Positions 29,748 through 39,191 of a DNA stretch of 64,000 nucleotides are shown here, in pieces. Location of the stretch: NCBI GenBank assembly GCA_048270185.1, contig JBLWTJ010000001.1:1568001-1632000 (forward strand). Reading direction: 5' to 3'. The position numbers were made by a program, and so were the translations under genes. The DNA is from Bacteriovoracaceae bacterium (GTDB lineage Bacteria > Bdellovibrionota > Bacteriovoracia > Bacteriovoracales > Bacteriovoracaceae). Position 1 is the first letter of the stretch, and each line of letters starts with the position of its first letter. Under the pieces are notes generated by a model. It worked only from the letters and a program-made list of their open reading frames with translations. It was not told the origin of the DNA and ran no database searches.

Positions 29748-30528
29748 TGAATTCACCTGAATAAATATATTTTGTCTGCCCACCTAAATAGACAGCACCA
29801 TCGATCTTCTTAACAAAGAGTATACCACCATTTGTTTGAAATTCTATCTCTTCACTGCTCTCGAGGCCCTTATCCCACAACATGCAAGCAGCAGCGACGT
29901 TTCCTGTTCCACAGGCATAAGTCTCATCTTCTACACCACGTTCATAAGTACGAATGCGGTACTCTCCTTCATCAATCTTATGAATGAAATTAGCATTTGT
30001 CCCACGAGGAAAATCAGCGTCATTACGAACTTTTCGCCCTATTGTAATCACGTCAATCTCTTGGCAGTCATAAGTTAGAAAAACACAGTGTTCAACACCC
30101 GTGTTTATATAGTAGGAATCAATGGCCTCAGGATATTTTCCAGAGATATCAACTAAGTCCTGATCGTAAATTTCTGTCATCTCAACCCAAATTGTATCCC
30201 CATCAACACTTGATGTGTAAACGCCATTACGAGTTGAAAATTTAAAGTCTAAATTACGAGTTCCTGAGATCATCTTATAAAAATCAGTAATGGCCCTTGT
30301 GGCATTGCCACACATATTTTCTTCTCCACCATCTGCATTGAGATAGCGCATATGAAAATCATATTCATCAGAAGACTCAAGAAAGACAACACCGTCGGCA
30401 CCAATACCAAAACAGCGCTTACACAGATGGGCCCACTTTTCTTTATTGGCAACATCCTGCTTCCCATCGCAGTTATCGATAACGATGAAGTCATTGCCAC
30501 TGGAGCTATACTTATAGAACTTAGTCAT
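29716..30528 (-). CDS. dapF: Diaminopimelate epimerase
   Basis: 'GNDF', 'GIGADG', 'NADG....MCGNA', 'FPRGTNANF', 'RTYERGVEDETYACGTG'. Confidence 0.95.
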   Translation of the reverse strand: MTKFYKYSSSGNDFIVIDNCDGKQDVANKEKWAHLCKRCFGIGADGVVFLESSDEYDFHMRYLNADGGEENMCGNATRAITDFYKMISGTRNLDFKFSTRNGVYTSSVDGDTIWVEMTEIYDQDLVDISGKYPEAIDSYYINTGVEHCVFLTYDCQEIDVITIGRKVRNDADFPRGTNANFIHKIDEGEYRIRTYERGVEDETYACGTGNVAAACMLWDKGLESSEEIEFQTNGGILFVKKIDGAVYLGGQTKYIYSGEFNEKILIHIPL

Positions 30529-30662
30529 AGATCTATCATTTCATTGTTTTATAAATTTGACTACTACCGCCATCTACACACTGCGCCACATGTCGCGCTT
30601 CAAAATTTTGTAGCCAGATTATCAATTCTTAGCTAAATTTAACTCTCAAATTACCAACTTAT

Positions 30663-30739
30663 GGGACATTAGCTCAGTTGGTTAGAGCCCCCGGCTCATA
30701 ACCGGGTGGTCACAAGTTCAAGTCTTGTATGTCCCACCA
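30663..30739 (+). tRNA. tRNA with CAT anticodon (probably tRNA-Ile2; elongator Met not excluded)
   Basis: Acceptor GGGACAT/ATGTCCC with paired G1-C72 (not initiator), anticodon arm CCCGG-CTCATAA-CCGGG, T-arm, encoded CCA. Confidence 0.93.
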
Positions 30740-30744
30740 AATAT

Positions 30745-30772
30745 AAAAACCACCCTTGCGGTGGTTTTTTTA
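30745..30772 (+). terminator. Rho-independent terminator after the tRNA
   Basis: AAAAACCACC-CTTGC-GGTGGTTTTTTT. Confidence 0.85.
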
Positions 30773-30941
30773 TTTGTGCGATATTCAAGATTTTTAAATT
30801 TTGATCATGGAACAAGTTGTTGAGGTGTCATTTAGCAGGAAGCTAAATGATACCGAGCACCCCTGACGACTGAGCAGGATGCGAAGGAGAGAGGGCCTCT
30901 AGTTAATCTCACAAAACTATTCATAATGAAGAAATCATTAA

Positions 30942-30963
30942 TCAAGTCTTGTATGTCCCACCA
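30942..30963 (+). repeat. Exact 22-bp direct repeat of the tRNA 3' end (att-like)
   Basis: TCAAGTCTTGTATGTCCCACCA at 30718-30739 and 30942-30963. Confidence 0.92.
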
Positions 30964-30965
30964 CT

Positions 30966-31000
30966 AAAAAAGCCCAGACGTAAACGTCTGAACTTTTCTT
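30966..31000. terminator. Terminator-like hairpin after the repeat / end of 31006-31575 gene
   Basis: AAAAG..CAGACGT-AA-ACGTCTG..CTTTT. Confidence 0.6.
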
Positions 31001-31005
31001 ATTTT

Positions 31006-31575
31006 TTACTCATCTTTCCCAAGCGGTGTCTTGAAAGTATCTGGCCATTCATCATAGTAAGTCGGATCAACACTTATATCACCAATTGATGCCCAGACAT
31101 GGACTTGTTTTTTATCGAGCATATTCACACCAAAATGTTTTTTCGGCGTCCAAGCTTTTTCTAGATAGATTGGATAAGCACCGATGACAGGATGATAGAG
31201 ATAAAGTTTACCATCCCAAATGAGAAAACCACTTCCTCCAGATTTAAAACCGTTAAAGCCGAGGCTTTTAACATCGGTCTTTTCTCCAATGCGATATGTT
31301 CCACTTTCAATAGGATTATTAGCGACAACTAAGCGCGCAACATTTTTTCCAACGTATTCGTTATACTTCAGAACAAACCTCAAAGCATAATCACCACACT
31401 GGCCTTTACGTTCTGTCTTCATTTCGCCAATGGTATAGTCAAACCACTTGGCCGTATCAATCGCAATATCACTAGCTTTCTTTATTTCAGCCTTTGTTGG
31501 TTTGTATATCTCAGATTTTGCAGTTGTATATTGACTAAATAAACCAAATAAAAAAAATAAAATCTTAATCTGCAT
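31006..31575 (-). CDS. Secreted protein with possible transglutaminase-like Cys-His-Asp triad
   Basis: Signal peptide; 'GQCGDYA', 'HVW', 'VDPT'. Confidence 0.6.
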   Translation of the reverse strand: MQIKILFFLFGLFSQYTTAKSEIYKPTKAEIKKASDIAIDTAKWFDYTIGEMKTERKGQCGDYALRFVLKYNEYVGKNVARLVVANNPIESGTYRIGEKTDVKSLGFNGFKSGGSGFLIWDGKLYLYHPVIGAYPIYLEKAWTPKKHFGVNMLDKKQVHVWASIGDISVDPTYYDEWPDTFKTPLGKDE

Positions 31576-31706
31576 ATTATACTCACGATTAAATTAACGA
31601 TAGAGCTAGTGCTTAAAATGGTGGCTCATTAGCTATCAACATCAATATAAATATAAATGTTAACGTCTTTTAACAACTTAGAATAGAATACACCAACAAG
31701 GGCCCA

Positions 31707-31991
31707 TTAAGTACAACTCGGATCAATATCCACATCACAGATACCACATAGCTCTTTCTTTTCTGCATAGACTGTATTCTTGCAATAACCAACATAATCC
31801 CCATGTCCGAGGTGTGATTCAAGAGAGTCCTTATTTACAGTGATCTCTTTTGCATTATCAGGGTTACCTGGTGGAACGTGGCACAGAAGCAATTTATTAT
31901 CTTGCTTTGGACAACGAGGCATCGGACGTCCTTTAGCATAAATTGAAGTTGAAAATAAAATCACTGTAATGATTGAAATTGTGTATTTCAT
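31707..31991 (-). CDS. Small secreted Cys/His-rich protein
   Basis: Signal peptide; 'LCHVPPGNP...ITV....L.SHLGHGDYVGYC' module; further Cys at the C-terminus. Confidence 0.7.
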   Translation of the reverse strand: MKYTISIITVILFSTSIYAKGRPMPRCPKQDNKLLLCHVPPGNPDNAKEITVNKDSLESHLGHGDYVGYCKNTVYAEKKELCGICDVDIDPSCT

Positions 31992-32202
31992 AATTCCCCC
32001 AAGATACCTCTATTATAACATTAAACAGGCCAATTTCTCACAAAGTGGGAATGCATTTAAAAATCAATAACCTATTGAAATTAAACATTATCTATTCAAT
32101 TATAATAATTTTATTAATTTCAAGGATTTATCATTCGTTGAATGTTGATGGCCTATTTCTTGATGTATAATATTGAACTAGTTGGAAATTTAAGAGGAAA
32201 GA

Positions 32203-33780
32203 ATGATTAAAGAAAAATATGACTATGTCATTGTAGGTTCTGGTTTTGGAGGTTCAGTTTCAGCACTTAGACTTGCAGAAAAAGGCTACAGTGTTCTTGT
32301 TATCGAAAAAGGTAAAGACTTCAGTGATACAAGTAAGTTTCCAAAAACTAATTGGAATCTACCAAGATGGATGTGGCTGCCACAACTTAAATTCTTTGGA
32401 ATACAACAATTAACATTCTTTCGTCATATCTCTGTTTTAAGTGGTGTTGGAGTTGGCGGAGGCTCACTTGTTTATGCTAATACACTTCCAAAACCTAAGT
32501 CACAATTCTTTCAACATGGCCCATGGAAAGACTTAAATAACTGGGAAGAGGAACTATCTCCATTTTATGATCTTGCATGGAAAATGCTAGGAGCCCAAAA
32601 CACAAAACACTATGGAGATGCAGACTATACATTTCAGGAACTAGCAAAAAGTATTGGACGTGAAGAGCATTTTGAGCCAACTAAAGTTTCAGTCTATTTT
32701 GGAGAAGATGGGAAAGAAGGACAAGTGGTTGCTGATCCATATTTTGATGGAAAAGGACCAACTCGTTCAGGCTGTATCTCATGTGGTGCCTGTATGACAG
32801 GGTGTCGCCATAATGCCAAAAATACTCTTGATAAAAATTATCTCTACCTAGCACGTCAACTTGGAGTTGATATTATTGCTGAAAATCAAGTCATCGATGT
32901 TAAGCCTCTGGACAGAGAGAATGGGAGTACTGGCTATTCAATTACAATGAAGGAATCTACAAAATATTTTGGTAAAAAGAGAACGGTCAAATCAAAAGGC
33001 ATCATCTTCAGTGCCGGCGTTTTAGGAACAATTAATTTATTATTAGATCTTAAAAAAACATCTCTTCCAAAGCTATCACCGGCACTTGGTGATACCATTA
33101 GAACGAATAACGAAGCCCTAATTCTAAATACAACATATAAGAAAGATATCGATATGAATAAGGGTGTGGCCATTGGTTCAATTATTGATATCGATGAGCA
33201 CTCACACTTAGAACCGACACGTTATGGCTCAGGGTCAGGTTTCTGGCGAGTACTAATGGTACCAATGATATCTGAGCCCAATTTCTTTTTAAGAATGATT
33301 AAACTAGTTATTGAACCATTAAAGGACCCTATTAAGTGGCTTCGAGTTTTAACGGTTAAGGACTTTGCCAAACAAACAAATATCCATCTCTTCATGCAGC
33401 ACCTTGATAGTACACTTAAGTTTTCAAAAGGTGTTTTCGGAATGAAGTCCGAGCTTTCAACAGGAAAGGCACCAACAGCTTTCATTACAACAGCGCATGA
33501 AATGGCAAAGAAATATTGTAAGATTATTGATGGAAAGCCAATGGTACTTTTTACGGAGACAATTACAGGTATTCCTTCAACGGCCCATATTCTTGGCGGT
33601 GCTTGCATGGGAGCAACCGAAAATGAAGGTGTCATCGACAAGGATAACAAAGTCTTTAATTATGAAAATATGTATGTCTTCGATGGTTCAATGATCTCGG
33701 CCAATCCTGGTGTAAACCCCTCATTGTCCATAACAGCTATTACAGAATATGGCATGAGCAAGGTTCCGAATAAAGCATAA
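32203..33780 (+). CDS. GMC oxidoreductase, cholesterol-oxidase (ChoD)-like
   Basis: 'VGSGFGGSVSALRLAEKG', 'GVGVGGGSLVYAN', 'CISCGACMTGCRHNAKNTLDKNYL', 'TAHILGGA', 'NPGVNPSLSITA'. Confidence 0.88.
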   Translation: MIKEKYDYVIVGSGFGGSVSALRLAEKGYSVLVIEKGKDFSDTSKFPKTNWNLPRWMWLPQLKFFGIQQLTFFRHISVLSGVGVGGGSLVYANTLPKPKSQFFQHGPWKDLNNWEEELSPFYDLAWKMLGAQNTKHYGDADYTFQELAKSIGREEHFEPTKVSVYFGEDGKEGQVVADPYFDGKGPTRSGCISCGACMTGCRHNAKNTLDKNYLYLARQLGVDIIAENQVIDVKPLDRENGSTGYSITMKESTKYFGKKRTVKSKGIIFSAGVLGTINLLLDLKKTSLPKLSPALGDTIRTNNEALILNTTYKKDIDMNKGVAIGSIIDIDEHSHLEPTRYGSGSGFWRVLMVPMISEPNFFLRMIKLVIEPLKDPIKWLRVLTVKDFAKQTNIHLFMQHLDSTLKFSKGVFGMKSELSTGKAPTAFITTAHEMAKKYCKIIDGKPMVLFTETITGIPSTAHILGGACMGATENEGVIDKDNKVFNYENMYVFDGSMISANPGVNPSLSITAITEYGMSKVPNKA

Positions 33781-33842
33781 GTATCTATAATCAAACACAA
33801 ATTTGCTAGATTTAACCTTGGGTTATCTAATATAATTTAAAG

Positions 33843-34868
33843 ATGTTTAGAGGGCCCAAGGTATCAGTAATCATACCGACATATAATAGCGAGAGGACTA
33901 TTGCTGACTGTATTAATTCAGTTCTTTCACAAGATTATTCAAATATCGAGTGCATTGTTGTTAATGATGCATCAACCGATCGTACATTTGAAATTTTGAA
34001 AACTTATCCAATTAGAGTAATTAACTTAGAGCAAAATATGGGACCTAGCTTTGCTCGTAATATTGGAGTTAATGAAGCGAAAGGTAATTTCATAGCCTTT
34101 ATTGATGCTGACTGTATTGCACCTATCGATTGGGTAACAAATTTTATCAATAATTACGAAGAAGAAAATATTTGTGGAATCACTGGGCCATATATCGACA
34201 GTGCAGATGATAATGCTCTATCGGCCACAGTTGACGCATTTATTAAACACGCTCAAGAAGAGCATTCAGAGTTTATTAATAACTGTATAACATCAAATGC
34301 TTTTATTAAAAGAGAAGACTTTCTGAAAGCCGGTGGATTTCCACTCTATCAATACCCTTGGGAAAATAAGTATCGCCATGGGAATGAAGATGGAGAATTA
34401 GCCTATATTTTGATTAAGAAATATCAGAAACCTTTTCTATGGCTAAAGGACAACGGCGTTAAGCATTACCATAGAGCAACTTATATAAAACACTTTAAGC
34501 AACAACGTTTTTTAGCAGAAGCGCTATTAGTATCTTTATTATACTTCCCTGGCTCACTAATAATGAGTTGGAGAAGTATCTTTACAATTCAACGACTTCT
34601 GATTCTTATACTTTCTCCTGCTATTTTTTATATTCTGTTACAAAGGCCTTATAGCGTCTTTCTCATATTACTATTACCATTATTCCTAATGATCTTTTAC
34701 TTTTATAAGAAAAGATATAATCAAAAGATAAAGCTCTTACCTTTATTTATCTATCCATTCCTATCTGCCTTAGCATGGATAATAGGTGGAATTGAGGGCG
34801 GTATAAAATTTCTATTATCACTACCATTTTGGCTACTTAAAGATGGAAAGGTGAAAATAAATGATTAA
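33843..34868 (+). CDS. GT2 glycosyltransferase with C-terminal membrane helices
   Basis: 'VSVIIPTYN', 'VNDASTD', 'GPSFARN', 'FIDADC', 'ED' catalytic motif, hydrophobic tail. Confidence 0.9.
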   Translation: MFRGPKVSVIIPTYNSERTIADCINSVLSQDYSNIECIVVNDASTDRTFEILKTYPIRVINLEQNMGPSFARNIGVNEAKGNFIAFIDADCIAPIDWVTNFINNYEEENICGITGPYIDSADDNALSATVDAFIKHAQEEHSEFINNCITSNAFIKREDFLKAGGFPLYQYPWENKYRHGNEDGELAYILIKKYQKPFLWLKDNGVKHYHRATYIKHFKQQRFLAEALLVSLLYFPGSLIMSWRSIFTIQRLLILILSPAIFYILLQRPYSVFLILLLPLFLMIFYFYKKRYNQKIKLLPLFIYPFLSALAWIIGGIEGGIKFLLSLPFWLLKDGKVKIND

Positions 34869-35958
34869 GTTACTAAAGAACTTTCTCTCATTTAATAAAA
34901 CCCCTAAAGCTCCTCCTTACTTAATACATTTTGTCGAGCAGCGATGTAATGCGGTCTGCCCACATTGCTTTGTTTATTCAGATGAATATGAAGAAATAAA
35001 TTCTGGGGAAGTTCTTTCTATTAATGAAATCAGAAAAGTTTGTTCTACATTAAAGGGACATCTCTATAGTGTCATTCTAACAGGAGGTGAGCCTTTTTTA
35101 AGAAATGACTTTGAAGATATTTGTCACGCCTATCTCGATGAAGCAGATGTCAATATTTTAATAATTTGTACAAATGGATGGTTTACAGACAAAACTTTAA
35201 ATCTCGTTGAAAAGCTCTCAACACTCTACCCTAATAAATCATTTGATGTATCGATTTCTTTAGATGAGCTCGAAGATAAACACGACGAGTATAGAGGCAC
35301 AAAAGGTGGATTTCAGAGGGCATTAAAAACATATATGGGCATGATGGCCTTGAAGAAAAAGAATGTCTCTGTCCATATTAACTTAACTTCCAATCAAAAA
35401 AACAACGACAACTTAAGTAATATTTATCATTCACTTAAGTATGACTATGCGATCGAAAGTGTGAGCGTTAGCCCGGCCGCAGGCTTCGCCAAGGATAAAA
35501 AATCGTTAGAAATTGATCGCTCAAAGTATATGAACTTTATGAACTCTATTAAGTGGAATACGCTTAAAGAGAATAAAAGACATTTCGCTGGTGATATCCT
35601 TTCAGCAAAAGATCGTTATTTGAAATACACGTTAACACCGAAAATTTGGTCAAAAGGCTATCAAACTCCTTGTTATGCGGGAAGACTTGCAGGAGTTATC
35701 CACGCCGACGGAAATGTCTATCCATGTGAGCGACTCATGGCCCCAATCGGTAACCTAAAAGATTTCGATTTATCATTTCTAAATCTATGGAAAAGCCTTA
35801 GTGCTAAGAAGACACGTAACTGGATTTGGAAAAACAAATGTTCATGTGATCACGAATGCTTTATGGGGATCAATATACTATTCAATCCAGTACAACTGAC
35901 AAAGAGTTTTAAAGAGTATTTTATAATAAAGATACAAAGAATTAAAAGAATTCTCTAA
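34861..35958 (+). CDS. Radical SAM protein with SPASM/twitch domain
   Basis: 'CNAVCPHC', 'TGGEPFLR', 'CYAG....IHADGNVYPCE...CSCDHEC'. Confidence 0.9.
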   Translation: MIKLLKNFLSFNKTPKAPPYLIHFVEQRCNAVCPHCFVYSDEYEEINSGEVLSINEIRKVCSTLKGHLYSVILTGGEPFLRNDFEDICHAYLDEADVNILIICTNGWFTDKTLNLVEKLSTLYPNKSFDVSISLDELEDKHDEYRGTKGGFQRALKTYMGMMALKKKNVSVHINLTSNQKNNDNLSNIYHSLKYDYAIESVSVSPAAGFAKDKKSLEIDRSKYMNFMNSIKWNTLKENKRHFAGDILSAKDRYLKYTLTPKIWSKGYQTPCYAGRLAGVIHADGNVYPCERLMAPIGNLKDFDLSFLNLWKSLSAKKTRNWIWKNKCSCDHECFMGINILFNPVQLTKSFKEYFIIKIQRIKRIL

Positions 35959-35961
35959 ATA

Positions 35962-37506
35962 CTATTTCCCATGCCAAACAACGGAATAAAGATCATGTCG
36001 ACGATCCTTTAAGTTCTTTACTGCCCCATTTTGACGGGCCTCAAGCAGTAAATCGACTCTTAGATCAGCAATGGCCACCATTTCAACATTTGGGGTTGTA
36101 TCTGCAGCTATTCCATCTAAAGCAAATGGAAAGTCACAAGGTGTTAGGATACAACTTTGTGCATATTGAATGTCGATATTATTAACACGAGGTAAGTTTC
36201 CAACATTTCCGGCCATTGCAACATAGAGCTGATTTTCAATGGCTCGAGCCTGACAACAATACTTCACACGACAATAAGCTTGTCGATTATCAGTCAAGAA
36301 TGGAACAAAGAGAATATTAACACCTTGATTTGCCAAGTGTCTTGTTAGCTCTGGAAATTCACTATCATAGCAAATCAAGACCCCAATAGGACCGCAATCT
36401 GTATCGATAACTTTAACTTCTTCACCACCTTCAATATTCCACCAGTATTTCTCATCTGGAGTTGGATGAATTTTGGCCTGTTCATGGATTTGTCCATCTC
36501 TTAAGCAAATATAACTAATATTTCTAACCTTATCTTCAACTTTAGTCGGATGAGAGCCTCCGATGATATTTACATTATACTTAACAGCTAAGCGTTGAAA
36601 TAATGCTTTCACCTGCTCTGTATAGGCTGTCATATGCTCAATTGCTACATTAGCTTCTACTTCTTCATTTTTAATTGAAAGTAGTTGCATTGTGAAAAGC
36701 TCAGGAAAAAGAACAAAATCGGCACGATAATCTGCTGTCACATCAACATAGTACTCAACTAGGTTTTCGAATTCTTCAAAGCTTTTAATTCCACGCTGTT
36801 GATACTGAACACAAACGACACGGATTGAGTTTTGTTTAAGTGGTTTATTCTTTTTTGATTGAGTTGCTTGATACTCTGGATTTCTCCATATTAAGTGAAC
36901 ACCATAACCGAGTGATTCTTTATCGGTTGGGAGGTAGTCCTTGAGAGGGCCCAGAACTTCAAATCCATTTCTAATTTGAAATTCAAGAGTTCTGTCCCTA
37001 ATCTTTTTCTCTTTAACTTGCTCAATATAGTCTTCAATTCCTTCAACTTGTTTAACTTTTTTATGAAAACTCGGGACACGGCCGACAAAGATAATTCCTT
37101 TAAGGCGCTCAAATTTAACAAGCCTTTTACGTGCATTATACAGTCTTTGTCCAATACGATGACCTCGAATATCAGGGTCGACACAAGTTTCATAACCATA
37201 GAGATATTCTCCATCTTCATCATGAGTTGAACCATAACCACCACCAGTAATACTGGCCCAAGTATGCGGCTTTAAAACATCTTTTTCTTTTAGTAGAACA
37301 CTTGCAGAATATCCTACAACCTTACCGTTTAAAGTAACAACAAAGTTGCCTTCAGGGTAATTTGTAATTTGGCCTCTAATCATTCCTTTCGTATAAGAGT
37401 CAGAAAAGCCAGAATATGACTTTTCAACTAGCTCAATTATCGCTTCAATATCTTTTGTACTAGAGAGCCTGACTTCCAGTTTCACTTGCTCTGTTTTCTT
37501 TACCAC
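35962..37506 (-). CDS. Bifunctional GNAT acetyltransferase / carbon-nitrogen hydrolase
   Basis: GNAT 'VDPDIRGHRIGQRLY'; nitrilase triad 'FPELF', 'QAKIH', 'ICYDSEFPE'; 'ARAIENQ'. Confidence 0.9.
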   Translation of the reverse strand: MVKKTEQVKLEVRLSSTKDIEAIIELVEKSYSGFSDSYTKGMIRGQITNYPEGNFVVTLNGKVVGYSASVLLKEKDVLKPHTWASITGGGYGSTHDEDGEYLYGYETCVDPDIRGHRIGQRLYNARKRLVKFERLKGIIFVGRVPSFHKKVKQVEGIEDYIEQVKEKKIRDRTLEFQIRNGFEVLGPLKDYLPTDKESLGYGVHLIWRNPEYQATQSKKNKPLKQNSIRVVCVQYQQRGIKSFEEFENLVEYYVDVTADYRADFVLFPELFTMQLLSIKNEEVEANVAIEHMTAYTEQVKALFQRLAVKYNVNIIGGSHPTKVEDKVRNISYICLRDGQIHEQAKIHPTPDEKYWWNIEGGEEVKVIDTDCGPIGVLICYDSEFPELTRHLANQGVNILFVPFLTDNRQAYCRVKYCCQARAIENQLYVAMAGNVGNLPRVNNIDIQYAQSCILTPCDFPFALDGIAADTTPNVEMVAIADLRVDLLLEARQNGAVKNLKDRRHDLYSVVWHGK

Positions 37507-37507
37507 T

Positions 37508-38734
37508 TTACTTACCTTTATATTTTTTCTTTATATGTGAATTAAAATATGGGACATCATATGTTCTTTTGAATGGAAACTTAGCTGTTTCTATTACTTT
37601 ATAAATATCATTCGTTAGTTTCCTAGGCATTCCAAGGTTATCTCGAAAGCCATTTTTTAGAACTTTCATACGCCGCTCTAGCATGGGGATTTCCTCGGCC
37701 CAAACATCTTCATTCCACTTCTCAAGCATAATTTTCATGATAGGCCACAGAAATTTAGTAAATCGTCCTAGCATGACATTATAGCTTATTTTGTAATGAC
37801 AGCTCTCATCACCATTTGGCTCAATTTTCACATGGGCCCAAAATGGAATTCCAAAGAGAGTTTTAGAGAAATTATAGAATGAATAATCTCCGTCTCTTAC
37901 AACCATTTCAAGTGAAGAGAGTTTAATAAATGAAAATATTGGTAATCTAAACTTAGTTGAAAAAACAAGAAAACGATCATCTTCATAGAGGACTTCTTCA
38001 CTTACGTAGCCTTTATGCATATAGTTTGTATGCTCTATGTCCATATGATTCCAGAAAACAATATGTGCAGGGTATTCTAGTTCACGAGTAAGAAACATCT
38101 TTTTAATAACTCTTTCTTTTCTCTCGCCTTTCATCGAACTCGTTAAGTCATCAATAGGTGATCTAACTGTGCGATTAACTTGAAGTTTCACTTCTTTAAG
38201 GCCTAGATTATTTACTTTTTTTCTTTCATCCACACTTTTTGGAATACCAACATTATCTCTAAAACCACTTTTTAAGACTTTAATCCTACGTTCGATTATT
38301 GGTAAGTCTTCTTCTAAAAATTTTCTATTCCAAATATTTAAAATAAATGAAAGAGGATATTTTAAAAACTTAAAAGCACCATTTAGAATAAAATTATATG
38401 ATATTTTGTAATTTGAATGCTCACTATTATCTTCACAAGGACTAATTTCAATGTGGGCCCAGCCAATAATTCCAAAGAAAGTCTTCTTATAATCAACAAG
38501 ACTATACTCACCTGTTCTAATGATATAATTAAGCTGAGTATTTGATAAGAATGGAATATATGGAATCTTCGTTCGCGTTAATAGTGTTGTGGATCGATCA
38601 GTTTCATTTAAGATTTTCGCATTAATATAATCCGGGTGAACACAAAGCAAGTGTTCGTGATCCCAATGATTCCAAAATAATACTGATGCAGGATAAGGTA
38701 CTCTTCTTGTAAAAGTTTTCTTAAAATGTGTCAT
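37508..38734 (-). CDS. Tandem duplication of a Rieske-oxygenase-type catalytic (SRPBCC/Bet v1 fold) domain
   Basis: Two repeats: 'FWNHWDHEHLLCVH...EEDLPIIERRIKVLKSGFRDNVG' and 'FWNHMDIEHTNYMH...AEEIPMLERRMKVLKNGFRDNLG'. Confidence 0.7.
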   Translation of the reverse strand: MTHFKKTFTRRVPYPASVLFWNHWDHEHLLCVHPDYINAKILNETDRSTTLLTRTKIPYIPFLSNTQLNYIIRTGEYSLVDYKKTFFGIIGWAHIEISPCEDNSEHSNYKISYNFILNGAFKFLKYPLSFILNIWNRKFLEEDLPIIERRIKVLKSGFRDNVGIPKSVDERKKVNNLGLKEVKLQVNRTVRSPIDDLTSSMKGERKERVIKKMFLTRELEYPAHIVFWNHMDIEHTNYMHKGYVSEEVLYEDDRFLVFSTKFRLPIFSFIKLSSLEMVVRDGDYSFYNFSKTLFGIPFWAHVKIEPNGDESCHYKISYNVMLGRFTKFLWPIMKIMLEKWNEDVWAEEIPMLERRMKVLKNGFRDNLGMPRKLTNDIYKVIETAKFPFKRTYDVPYFNSHIKKKYKGK

Positions 38735-39048
38735 GATATTAATATAATAACATCATCGTTTTCAATTTTATTAGAATAATTAAAAAGTTTTACTTTATAG
38801 TTACGATTTACACATTCCAATGACTTAGGACAGTATTTCAGTCCATGCCACTTACATTCAATTGTCTGAGTTTTTTTGTCAAACTTAAAATCGCCACCTT
38901 GATGTGGACAAATACTTGAGAAAGTATGAACGTTATTATCTTTGTCGAGATATGCACTAACTTCATCACGAAGTTCATCAACCCACTTAGTAATGTATTG
39001 AGTCTTTTTCAATTCTGAATAGCTACAAAATCTAATCTTTACGTCCAT
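38731..39048 (-). CDS. Stand-alone Rieske [2Fe-2S] protein
   Basis: 'CPHQG...CKWHG'; overlaps next gene by ATGA. Confidence 0.9.
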   Translation of the reverse strand: MDVKIRFCSYSELKKTQYITKWVDELRDEVSAYLDKDNNVHTFSSICPHQGGDFKFDKKTQTIECKWHGLKYCPKSLECVNRNYKVKLFNYSNKIENDDVIILIS

Positions 39049-39191
39049 ACTGAAACTCTTTTAAATATCGCCTTTATTTCTTGGCGAAAATAAAGTGCAA
39101 AAAATCAAATTGCAGTCCTAATAGATGGAATTCCCCCATCTTACAATTATATTTATTAATTTCCTAAGTTACTATAAAATCATAGAACAAT

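Noticed and set aside
28032..30528. LOG protein as lysine decarboxylase linked to dapF
   Set aside because: PGGxGTxxE proteins are nucleotide phosphoribohydrolases; the lysine decarboxylase label is a known misannotation
32203..39048. Sterol catabolism module (cholesterol oxidase plus KshA-like Rieske oxygenase)
   Set aside because: No other steroid degradation genes; the two are separated by GT2/rSAM genes and family membership does not fix substrate
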